This document shows positions 1 through 7,382 of a stretch of 32,000 nt of DNA, one piece after another. How positions within the stretch are numbered: the first letter of the stretch is position 1; the number at the start of each line of letters is the position of its first letter. This DNA comes from Hyperthermus butylicus DSM 5456 (GTDB lineage Archaea; Thermoproteota; Thermoprotei_A; Sulfolobales; Pyrodictiaceae): NCBI RefSeq assembly GCF_000015145.1, contig NC_008818.1, positions 420,001 through 452,000 of the forward strand. Direction: 5' to 3'. The position numbers and the translations under genes are program-made. The notes beneath the pieces are model-generated. The model made no database searches, was not told the origin of the DNA, and worked only from the letters and a program-made list of their open reading frames with translations.

Positions 1-217
1 CCTCGGTTATCGACTTACCGAGGATAGGCTTAACCAACGGTATGCCAAATTGGTCTCTGAGAATTATTCCTATCATGCTGGGACCATAGCCCTTCCTTGC
101 CAGGTCTACGATTATCTCCTCAATCTCCTCGGGGTCGTACTGTATCCACTTGGGCACGGTGGGTGTTGCAGGTCTTGTAGAGTGCGACCTACCCTTCTTC
201 CTCCTCTTACCAGCCAC
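1..217 (-). CDS. rps15: 30S ribosomal protein S15 (uS15 / S13e family), N-terminal part; gene continues beyond the left edge
   Basis: My own minus-strand translation from GTG at 217-215 gives VAGKRRKKGRSHSTRPATPTVPKWIQYDPEEIEEIIVDLARKGYGPSMIGIILRDQFGIPLVKPILGKSITE. This has the basic N-terminus and the IGxxLRDxxGIP motif typical of archaeal/eukaryotic S13e/S15. It is absent from the ORF track because the window edge truncates it. Confidence 0.85.
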   Translation of the reverse strand, partial: MAGKRRKKGRSHSTRPATPTVPKWIQYDPEEIEEIIVDLARKGYGPSMIGIILRDQFGIPLVKPILGKSITE

Positions 218-253
218 AAGACACCACCCCGTTCCCGGCGAGTGGGAGCTAGG

Positions 254-300
254 CCCCAGCCCATCTAGGGGCTGGGGAGCCCCCTACTCCCGGGGGCTCC
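254..300. repeat. Two abutting perfect 9-bp GC-rich inverted repeats (hairpins)
   Basis: The repeats are ccccagccc/atctag/gggctgggg (254-277) and ggagccccc/tactccc/gggggctcc (276-300), read directly. They lie in the non-coding gap between the HAM1 stop (364) and the S15 start (217). Confidence 0.7.
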
Positions 301-363
301 AGGTCTCGTTGCGCGGCTATGCCCGGTAGGGGGCTATAAGTAGTGCTATCGCTCGCAGCACTG

Positions 364-936
364 CTATCGTGGCGGCCCGTATTGCCGTAGCCATCTGCAC
401 AGCTCTCTGGCTGCCTTTCCGCGGTGCGAGAACTTGTTCTTCTCCTGGGTTTCCATCTCGGCAAAGGTCTTAGACGAGCCTTCGGGTATGAATACTGGAT
501 CGTATCCGAAGCCCCTATCTCCGCGCGGCTTCTCAGCGATTACTCCGTGGACTGTACCGGTGAATACTTCCACGCCTCCACTATGAGCTAGGGCTATGAC
601 GGATTTGAAGTATGCTCTTCGGTTTTCAACATCCTCCAGGAGTTTAAGCAGCCCCCTAATACCTATGGTTTTGAAGACGTAGGATGAGTAGGGTCCGGGG
701 AACCCGCCGAGAGCTTCCACAAAGAGTCCCGCATCTTCTACTATTACTGGACGCTGTAAAGCCAAGTATGCTTGAATGGCTGCATAGGCGGCAACATCTT
801 CGAGCCTATTGGACTGTACTTCTAGTTTTGATGCCGCTGCTGGCTCTACTCGGTAGCCGCAGCTCTGGAGTACCTCGTTTATCTCTTCAATCTTGTGCTT
901 GTTTGTGGTCGCGATGAGGATTACTCTTGCCTCCAT
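364..936 (-). CDS. Non-canonical purine NTP pyrophosphatase (HAM1/RdgB/ITPase family)
   Basis: 190-aa ORF. N-terminal ILIATTNKHKIEEI, then FGYDPVFIPEGSSKTFAEM and KNKFSHRGKA, are the hallmark HAM1/RdgB motifs. Confidence 0.9.
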   Translation of the reverse strand: MEARVILIATTNKHKIEEINEVLQSCGYRVEPAAASKLEVQSNRLEDVAAYAAIQAYLALQRPVIVEDAGLFVEALGGFPGPYSSYVFKTIGIRGLLKLLEDVENRRAYFKSVIALAHSGGVEVFTGTVHGVIAEKPRGDRGFGYDPVFIPEGSSKTFAEMETQEKNKFSHRGKAARELCRWLRQYGPPR

Positions 937-1628
937 GCTGTCCTCCTCTCCGCCCTATAGCGGCCCATGAGCCTTATCTCCCTCACAAGCTCCATAATCC
1001 TTTCCGTCTTATCGGCACCCCGCACACTGCGGTAGCCCTCAAGGAAGGCTTCAAGCATTTCCTCGACGGCTTCAGGGTGTGTCGATTCTAGGCTGCGCAT
1101 GTAGAGGTGCACGTCCACAGCTTGTTCACGTTCGCTGCTCTTTAGCGAGGCCAGCCCAAAGTCTATGAGGAATATGTTATCGCCAGCTACAAGTACGTTA
1201 CTCGTTGTAAGATCTCCGTGGCTTATACCTGCCTCGTGCAGTTTTGCAGCGTAGGTCCCGAATAGTCTTGCGAGGCTTCTCGCCCTGGGGTCGCCCGCCT
1301 CTATAAGGTCAGCCAGCTTCACACCATTGATATACTCCATTACTATGATGCTGCAGAGAGGATCCACATAGTATAGCTTTGGCACGGGAACCCCTGCTTC
1401 GAGAGCTGCAAGCATTGCACGAGCCTCGGTCACCGTGCGTCTCCACCGGAGTCTAGTATCTAGTGCTGCGTGACGGTAACGCTTTGGAAGGCGAAGCTTT
1501 AGCACCGCTCTTTCTCCGAGCCAGTCTATGAGGTAGAGGTAGGCCTCAGCACCCCGAGCAATGGGCTCTCCTAGCGTCTCGACTAGCTGTTCTACCTCCA
1601 CGGGATCTCCACCACATCTAGTCTCCAT
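921..1628 (-). CDS. bud32: KEOPS complex kinase/ATPase Bud32 (Kae1-associated kinase)
   Basis: 235-aa ORF with a small RIO-like kinase signature: ISHGDLTTSNVLV and FLIDFGLA. It lies immediately downstream of Kae1 and overlaps it. Confidence 0.9.
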   Translation of the reverse strand: METRCGGDPVEVEQLVETLGEPIARGAEAYLYLIDWLGERAVLKLRLPKRYRHAALDTRLRWRRTVTEARAMLAALEAGVPVPKLYYVDPLCSIIVMEYINGVKLADLIEAGDPRARSLARLFGTYAAKLHEAGISHGDLTTSNVLVAGDNIFLIDFGLASLKSSEREQAVDVHLYMRSLESTHPEAVEEMLEAFLEGYRSVRGADKTERIMELVREIRLMGRYRAERRTAWRQE

Positions 1629-2683
1629 CGCTGCTTCACCACCGACTCCTCGACATCAACCGTTATCCCTGCAAGATAGTTGAGAAGACCTGTCCAGGCT
1701 ATCATTGCACCGTTATCACCAGCTAGCTGTGGTGGCGGCCAATCCGCTACAGCACCGTGGTATGATGCCATGCTTCTAACCTTGTTGCGAAGTATTGGGC
1801 TTGCTGCTACACCGCCCGTTAACATCACCGATTTCTTCCTCGTGTGAGCCAGCGCCCTTTCAGTAACCTCGACAACACTACCATAGGCTACCTCGCGTAG
1901 GCCTAGACATACCGCAGCCTTCTCATCCTCGCTACCAGCCTTAGTCCATAGCCGTAGAGCCGCTGTTAGGAGCCCCGAGAACGAGACATCCATACCCTTG
2001 ACAACGTATGGCAGATCCGCTGGCTTCGAGGCTGCTTCTGCACAGCGGTCGACAATGTGTAGACCCGAGACAATATATGGTGGCGCTATTCCGGCGTCCC
2101 TAGCAAAGGTGTCTAGGAGGTTCCCAAGTGCTATGTCGAGGGTCTCCCCGAACACCCTATACCTGGCCTTGGCATAAGCAGCCACGACGGTATTTCCGCC
2201 GGATACATAGAGGACTACTGGGTCGCCGAGCCCGGTGTAGAGTCTCGCAATCTCTATGTGCGCCACGGCATGGTTTACTGGCACCAGCGGCTTGCCATAG
2301 TATGCCGCTAGCCCTCGAGCAATAGTGGCACCAACCCTTAGCGCTGGCCCAAGACCAGGACCCAGCGCGACAGCCACAGCATCAATATCCCGTATCGATA
2401 GGCCGACGGTGCGGAGCGCATCGAGTATAACTTCTGACGCTACACGGGCGTGATGGCTAGCAGCCTCCCGGGGATGAATACCACCCTTTGGCGGATGGTA
2501 AGTATCACGCACGCTAACGAGAATATAGGGAGGCTTCGTCGAGGCTATACCCACACCAAAAGTGTGTGCTGTAGATTCTATCCCTAAAACGTATATCTCC
2601 TCGTCCCAGCCCCCAACACGGTATAGTTGGCGTGGATCACCTCTTGGCTTCCCTAACGAACTCGGTGTGTCCACACTTACCAC
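1592..2683 (-). CDS. kae1: tRNA N6-adenosine threonylcarbamoyltransferase Kae1 (KEOPS catalytic subunit)
   Basis: 363-aa ORF with an ASKHA-fold Kae1/TsaD signature: [30 protein letters not shown] and MLTGGVAAS. The start is GTG at 2683 (or GTG at 2674). No other in-frame ATG/GTG/TTG occurs before the conserved core. Confidence 0.93.
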   Translation of the reverse strand: MVSVDTPSSLGKPRGDPRQLYRVGGWDEEIYVLGIESTAHTFGVGIASTKPPYILVSVRDTYHPPKGGIHPREAASHHARVASEVILDALRTVGLSIRDIDAVAVALGPGLGPALRVGATIARGLAAYYGKPLVPVNHAVAHIEIARLYTGLGDPVVLYVSGGNTVVAAYAKARYRVFGETLDIALGNLLDTFARDAGIAPPYIVSGLHIVDRCAEAASKPADLPYVVKGMDVSFSGLLTAALRLWTKAGSEDEKAAVCLGLREVAYGSVVEVTERALAHTRKKSVMLTGGVAASPILRNKVRSMASYHGAVADWPPPQLAGDNGAMIAWTGLLNYLAGITVDVEESVVKQRWRLDVVEIPWR

Positions 2684-2825
2684 AATGCCACCTCGGCACC
2701 GGCCACTTGTGGAACGCCATGAAGCTACCGCAGCGTGGACATATCTTGTTCTTCCTCTTTATTGTGCCAGTGTTGTAGTCGTACTCGTAAAGTCTGTGCA
2801 CATAGAGCTTAAGCTCCTTCGACAT
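2637..2825 (-). CDS. rps27ae: 30S ribosomal protein S27ae (eS31), zinc ribbon
   Basis: 62-aa [14 protein letters not shown] ... [11 protein letters not shown] is a C4 zinc ribbon, and the size and context (next to S24e) are typical. Confidence 0.9.
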   Translation of the reverse strand: MSKELKLYVHRLYEYDYNTGTIKRKNKICPRCGSFMAFHKWPVPRWHCGKCGHTEFVREAKR

Positions 2826-2852
2826 GGGGCTCCACCCCTCACATTAGTGTCC

Positions 2853-3245
2853 TTACTCCTCCATCTCCTCAGGAAGCTTGTTCCGCTCAATTATGTGCTT
2901 AGGCTCGAACTGCAACGCGCGCTCGGGCGTGTCGTAAACATGTATCTCGACCTTACTCCTACCAACACCATACTCGGATAGAACCTTCCTAATATACACT
3001 CTCTTCGCATCCACACCAAGCGCTTCAGCAACCTTTATGCGCAGCTTCATCCTGCTAGGCGTAGACTTGCCTACATGGAGTATAACCGCGTCTATCTCAC
3101 GCCTCTTTATGAGCGGGTTATACCAGTCCCGTACTATGTAGAACTCATAACCTTCGCCAAGGTCTACGTTGAGCTTCTTAGCGTTCTTTGGCCTTAACAT
3201 TTCAAGCACGTCAGCCGGCACTCCCGACTCCGCCATAGCATCCAC
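2853..3245 (-). CDS. rps24e: 30S ribosomal protein S24e
   Basis: The core NPLIKRREIDAVILHVGKSTPSRMKLRIKVAEALGVD ... GVGRSKVEIHVYD matches the S24e pattern (NxLxxRxE ... TPSR ... YD). About 30 aa at the N-terminus are extra, so the true start may be an internal Met (e.g. M16). Confidence 0.85.
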   Translation of the reverse strand: MDAMAESGVPADVLEMLRPKNAKKLNVDLGEGYEFYIVRDWYNPLIKRREIDAVILHVGKSTPSRMKLRIKVAEALGVDAKRVYIRKVLSEYGVGRSKVEIHVYDTPERALQFEPKHIIERNKLPEEMEE

Positions 3246-3330
3246 CCGGGGCCAGCTGAGAGCCGAGTGTCCCTCTTAAACTCCCGCGCGGTATCAGCTA
3301 GCCAAGGATTATAATGCTTATGCCTCCTCC

Positions 3331-3846
3331 CTAGCAGGGCTCGAAAAACTCCAAAACACGCATGGCCAACAACTTCGCTTCCCGGTTGACAGCTGCAGCA
3401 ACAACACCCTTACCCGGCAGGCCATAGAGAACAACAGAACCCACATCACCGTAGAGGAGGGCTGGCAATGCCAACAAATCCTCCTCGCCATCAACTCTAA
3501 CTACTGTATGGCCCTGGCGTAGCGCTTTACGGATAACCTCAACAGCCCCAGGCTCTACAGTCGATCTCTCATTACGAGTTCTCAGGATGGCATAGCCCTC
3601 AGGAATTGACGGACACGTCTTATCTCTCCTTGCCTCCACACAATCGAACACCATTACCCACGGTTTGACTCCATGTCGGATAAGTGTTTCCGAAACCCTA
3701 TCACCCACAGCTACAACTCTACGATGTCTGGCGTAAGCAGCAACAGCCGAATCGTTTGGCAACAATTTGGCGGCAGGCATACGCTGAGCTAGGAGGGAGC
3801 GTAGGCCCTGGGGAAGACAGAGACGGCTATGGAAAAGATGGTACAC
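3331..3846 (-). CDS. DUF359 family protein, likely GTP-dependent dephospho-CoA kinase (archaeal DPCK)
   Basis: 171-aa ORF with VAVGDRVSETLIRHGVKPWVMVFDCVEARR and VDGEEDLLALPAL, which are the DUF359 pattern. It sits in the conserved archaeal neighbourhood between spt4 and rps24e. Confidence 0.7.
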   Translation of the reverse strand: MYHLFHSRLCLPQGLRSLLAQRMPAAKLLPNDSAVAAYARHRRVVAVGDRVSETLIRHGVKPWVMVFDCVEARRDKTCPSIPEGYAILRTRNERSTVEPGAVEVIRKALRQGHTVVRVDGEEDLLALPALLYGDVGSVVLYGLPGKGVVAAAVNREAKLLAMRVLEFFEPC

Positions 3847-3856
3847 TTTCGCCTCT

Positions 3857-4069
3857 TCACCTCACTTTAAGCGCATACCTTCCAGGCCTTGTTATCTCGA
3901 GCTTCTTAGCTATCAAAGACTTCTCAGGGTCAAGAATTATGACTACACCTTCCCAATCCTCAGTGAGGTCCGTAGAGCCACAAACAGAGCAGCGTGTAGC
4001 CTCACGGGGTACAAGGCTCTTACACCGTCTACAAGCCTTGAATGGTGGCACCTTTACCCGCCTACCCAA
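3857..4069 (-). CDS. spt4: Transcription elongation factor Spt4 (RNA polymerase subunit E'')
   Basis: 70-aa ORF with the zinc ribbon CRRCKSLV...CSVCGS followed by LTEDWEGVVIILDPEKSLIAKKL. It lies directly downstream of rpoE'. Confidence 0.9.
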   Translation of the reverse strand: MGRRVKVPPFKACRRCKSLVPREATRCSVCGSTDLTEDWEGVVIILDPEKSLIAKKLEITRPGRYALKVR

Positions 4070-4090
4070 GATCTATCACCCCTTTGAGGT

Positions 4091-4657
4091 CTACTTAGCC
4101 TCGATCCTCTTACGCTTATGCCACTCAGTCTTGCCGAGGTATGGTTGCCTCATGGTTAACTGTATTCTCGGCCTGCCAATAGGCTCCGACGGCATCGATA
4201 CTGAGATAACTCTTGTCCTCACTATATCGCCTACCTCGACTATGCGTCTCGTGCGCTCGCCTATGAACGCACGACGCTGTGGATCGAATATTACATGTTC
4301 ATCCATTACCTGGCTTATATGAGCTATGCCCTCGACGGGACCTAGGCTTATCCTCGCAAATGACTGCTGGATAGACACAACTACACCCTCAACAACCTCC
4401 TTGACTATGGGCTTGAAGGCCAAGACACTATACTCTGAGTCGTGGTAAGTTGCTCCATCACCCGGTATTACTCTACCCTCCTCGCTAACCTTAACATCAA
4501 ATATTGCAACTATAACACCCATCTCGGGGTGTACGTAGCCTACATACTTCTCCGTTAGAACCTTTAGTGCTGCCTCCTCCAGCGACATACCGAAGAGGCT
4601 GGGGGGTATTCTGACAACATCCCTTACACGATAGATGGCGTACAAGGTGTCACCCAC
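4091..4657 (-). CDS. rpo7: DNA-directed RNA polymerase subunit Rpo7 (E')
   Basis: 188-aa ORF. N-terminal VRDVVRIPPSLFG and a C-terminal S1-like domain (GDIVRTRVISVS) fit Rpo7. The true start may be the TTG four codons in, giving MYAIYRVRD. Confidence 0.88.
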   Translation of the reverse strand: MGDTLYAIYRVRDVVRIPPSLFGMSLEEAALKVLTEKYVGYVHPEMGVIVAIFDVKVSEEGRVIPGDGATYHDSEYSVLAFKPIVKEVVEGVVVSIQQSFARISLGPVEGIAHISQVMDEHVIFDPQRRAFIGERTRRIVEVGDIVRTRVISVSMPSEPIGRPRIQLTMRQPYLGKTEWHKRKRIEAK

Positions 4658-4757
4658 ACCAGCACCACATAGTCGTAGTGTATGCTCTAGGATTACCCGG
4701 CGAAAGCATGCTCTGGGGAAATATTAAAGTATGCCCGTCATGCAATAAGGAGGGGCC

Positions 4758-5168
4758 CTAGCCCTCAAGCATAAGGCCGTGTCTTGACCTGCGATAGTAT
4801 ATGTTCGGTAGGCCCTTTTCGCGGAGCCTTCTCCTAAGCTCTCCGTCAGCCGTCGCAACAATAGCCACGGGGTCTGAGAGCGCTAGCTCCAGTATGGCGT
4901 CATCAGCACTGACATCAGTTGTCTCGACTATTTTGCAGCCGCGAAGCTCTATTGCATGAAGGGCTAGCCTAGCAGCCCTTCTCTGACGTAGACTCTGGCC
5001 GCTAGATGCTAGCCGTTGTAGCTCATCTACAACAGGCCTGGGGACTATGCATTCGGGCTTAGCGTCGAGAAGTTCTTCAACTTGGCCGAAAACATCAACA
5101 CCGTCATAGAGGAGCATGAGCATGCTCGTATCGAAAATAACCCTTCTCAGTCTCGTACTACACCCCAT
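4758..5168 (-). CDS. PIN-domain nuclease (Fcf1/Utp24-like, COG1412-type)
   Basis: VIFDTSMLM ... TTDVSADDAILELA ... VATADGELRRRL carries PIN acidic residues. It has the conserved archaeal position between aIF2-gamma and rpoE'. I chose the ATG at 5168 (MGCSTRLRRVIFD) over the track's 5228 because the latter runs 82 nt into aIF2-gamma. Confidence 0.7.
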   Translation of the reverse strand: MGCSTRLRRVIFDTSMLMLLYDGVDVFGQVEELLDAKPECIVPRPVVDELQRLASSGQSLRQRRAARLALHAIELRGCKIVETTDVSADDAILELALSDPVAIVATADGELRRRLREKGLPNIYYRRSRHGLMLEG

Positions 5169-6412
5169 CCAACCAACCTCCAGCGGCCAAAGATTTGCCG
5201 AGATAGCGCTACCCTTGCGCCCTCCCACGCTACTACCGGCCTCCTAAGCCTGACCTCCATCTCGTCACTGGTAACTCTCGTGATTACGCCGAGTGTTATT
5301 GCCGTGCCGACTGTCAGCATTACTATCTCCTTAGCCCTTGGAGGTGGAACCTTGACAAACTCTCTCGTACCTACAGCTCTTTCAAGCATGTGGTATTCAA
5401 GTCTCAACGTATCCCTTACTGGCGGTAGATGACCAGGCTTACCGAGAACATTACCCACAAGGTTGTCAGCCTTAGCAACTGCCGGATCAAGCTTTGTACC
5501 AACCGCCACTAGGCCTCCAGGCTTTGCCTCCTCAACCTCGAGCTCTCCAAACCTTAGGCTTACAACCTCCGTTACTATTGGCTCGTAACGCACCCTACCG
5601 CGCTCCTCTACACGAACACCAGGTGCTATCTCTACCTCGTCTCCAACCCTTAGCACTCCCTGCATTAGTGAGCCGCCAACAACCCCTCCCTTCAGCTCCT
5701 CGACTGTTGTGCCTGGTTTGTTTACGTCGAAGCTACGCACGATAAACATTAGTGGTGGCTTTGACGGATCCCTCTTTGGTGTCGGTATAAACTTCTCAAT
5801 GGCCATTGCCACAGCATCTATGTTTACCTTGTGGAGGGCACTTACGGGTATAATCGGGGCATTCTCCGCGAAGGTTCCCTTGACGAACTCTTTTATCTCC
5901 CTATAGTTGTCCCGCGCCCTCTCTGGAGTGACTACATCGACTTTGTTCTGGACTATGACTATGTTATGCACACCAACAATGTCGAGCGCCATTAGGTGCT
6001 CATAGGTCTGTGGCTGTGGACACCTCTCATTAGCAGCTATTACCAGTAGCGCCCCATCCATTAGCGCCGCACCGGAGAGCATCGTAGCCATTAGTATCTC
6101 GTGTCCCGGTGCATCAACGTAGGATACCTTGCGTAGGAGCTTGGGCACAGTACCCTCGGGACATAGCTCTGGGAACGGCTGATAGGCCTCGACACCCTCC
6201 GCGCCTTCACAATACCATACTTCGCCTTCTGCATAGCCCAGCTTTATTGTCATGCCGCGCTTGAGTTCCTCACTATGCTTTGCCGTCCACACGCCAGTCA
6301 GTGCTTGGACCAGCGTTGTCTTGCCATGATCTACATGGCCTGCCGTTCCAATGTTTACTTCTGGCTGACGGCGACGCTGCGCCTCTATCTCCTCCCTATC
6401 AAACCTTGCCAT
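5147..6412 (-). CDS. eif2g: Translation initiation factor aIF2 gamma subunit
   Basis: 421-aa ORF with the GTPase motifs GHVDHGKTTL, DAPGH and NKVD, plus the domain II/III pattern typical of e/aIF2-gamma. Confidence 0.95.
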   Translation of the reverse strand: MARFDREEIEAQRRRQPEVNIGTAGHVDHGKTTLVQALTGVWTAKHSEELKRGMTIKLGYAEGEVWYCEGAEGVEAYQPFPELCPEGTVPKLLRKVSYVDAPGHEILMATMLSGAALMDGALLVIAANERCPQPQTYEHLMALDIVGVHNIVIVQNKVDVVTPERARDNYREIKEFVKGTFAENAPIIPVSALHKVNIDAVAMAIEKFIPTPKRDPSKPPLMFIVRSFDVNKPGTTVEELKGGVVGGSLMQGVLRVGDEVEIAPGVRVEERGRVRYEPIVTEVVSLRFGELEVEEAKPGGLVAVGTKLDPAVAKADNLVGNVLGKPGHLPPVRDTLRLEYHMLERAVGTREFVKVPPPRAKEIVMLTVGTAITLGVITRVTSDEMEVRLRRPVVAWEGARVALSRQIFGRWRLVGWGVVRD

Positions 6413-6519
6413 TACAGCTCCCCCCGCTAGCTACCCCTAACAACCCCTAAAACAATGTGCGCCCCTCCTGGAGAAACTACCGAAAACTAGCTGCTAAGAG
6501 GTAGCTGTTTTAGCAAACG

Positions 6520-7173
6520 CTACTCCTTCTTGGGGTATACAATCACAGTGTTTATCTGTACAATGTCGTGTGTTATCGTGTTGCCCCTAACAGTCTTCCT
6601 CCGACGCTCGCCCTTCTCCCTGGGGTGGAAGCCTGGCGGGCCGGAGAGTAGCACACGCTTCTTCACAGGACCTGGTATTGATGGTAGCATTGGGAAACCG
6701 CTATTGTCGCTCCCGCCTCTGATTAGCAGCTTGTAGCCGGGTAAGCCTACGAGACCTCCGTCGAAGGTGTCTCCTATCTTTAGCCCTATGAGCTGGTCTG
6801 CAGCTGGGCTCGTAATTGTTATCTGCCAGGCCTTTGCTCTAAAGACCTCGCCCTCGGCCTCCTCAGCGCCCACCTTGTCGCCTAGCCACTCCAAGCTGAC
6901 GTGCACTGTGTCCTCGGGTACGTTTGCGTCGGCTGTGGCCTTGCACGTGTAGTTGAACTTTCTGTCCTCCTTGCGTATCCTAACCGTGACAATGCCATGT
7001 ACAGCGTTAAGTTTCTCTAGTAGCTTGGGGTTAAGCTTGCACACTGGAAGCTTGCGCTGATTCTTTTCATCGTCCCCATACTCTATTGACTCGTCTCCCT
7101 TAACCTTCACCTTGTAGACCGGTAAGTCGGCCTTTGCCTCCGGATCCGATATTACTATCTTGAACTCGGGCAT
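6520..7173 (-). CDS. rps6e: 30S ribosomal protein S6e
   Basis: 217-aa ORF. MPEFKIVISDP ... KLLIRGGSDNSGFPM ... KRVLLSGPPGF match S6e family motifs. Confidence 0.9.
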   Translation of the reverse strand: MPEFKIVISDPEAKADLPVYKVKVKGDESIEYGDDEKNQRKLPVCKLNPKLLEKLNAVHGIVTVRIRKEDRKFNYTCKATADANVPEDTVHVSLEWLGDKVGAEEAEGEVFRAKAWQITITSPAADQLIGLKIGDTFDGGLVGLPGYKLLIRGGSDNSGFPMLPSIPGPVKKRVLLSGPPGFHPREKGERRRKTVRGNTITHDIVQINTVIVYPKKE

Positions 7174-7230
7174 TCCAGCCTACACCCCGCCTGGGTTCAT
7201 CCCCGGGCCCAGCTGGTTGGGCCCAGCATC

Positions 7231-7254
7231 CCCCTCCCAGCACCGTGGGAGGGG
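7231..7254. repeat. Perfect 9-bp GC-rich inverted repeat (hairpin) in the S6e/aIF5B divergent spacer
   Basis: The repeat is cccctccca/gcaccg/tgggagggg, read directly. It is flanked by the direct repeat gggcccagc (7205-7213 and 7219-7227) and by gccgtgg x2 (7254-7260 and 7268-7274) around the palindrome agcgct. Confidence 0.7.
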
Positions 7255-7382
7255 CCGTGGAGCGCTAGCCGTGGGCACCCACTAATTAATTCTCGGCTCT
7301 ACCTTACTGCCCCGGCTTCCTAGCCATGCCCGTTATAGGGGGCTACTCGTCCTTTACGCCTTGTGGGGGGTGAGAGTATAGC

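Noticed and set aside
50-464. Track ORFs 50-268 (+, 72 aa) and 249-464 (-, 71 aa)
   Set aside because: The first is antisense to a clearly recognisable S15 coding sequence. The second spans the hairpin spacer and the HAM1 3' end and has a Pro/Arg/Gly/Ser-rich composition typical of spurious frames in GC-rich DNA.
3684-4322. 212-aa ORF on the + strand
   Set aside because: It is antisense across DUF359, spt4 and rpo7, all of which have strong family signatures. It has no recognisable motif and an odd composition.
5169-5228. Upstream 20 codons of the PIN ORF (track start at 5228)
   Set aside because: They would overlap aIF2-gamma by 82 nt and add a non-conserved MGGRKGSAISANLWPLEVGW extension. 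The ATG at 5168 directly precedes the PIN core.
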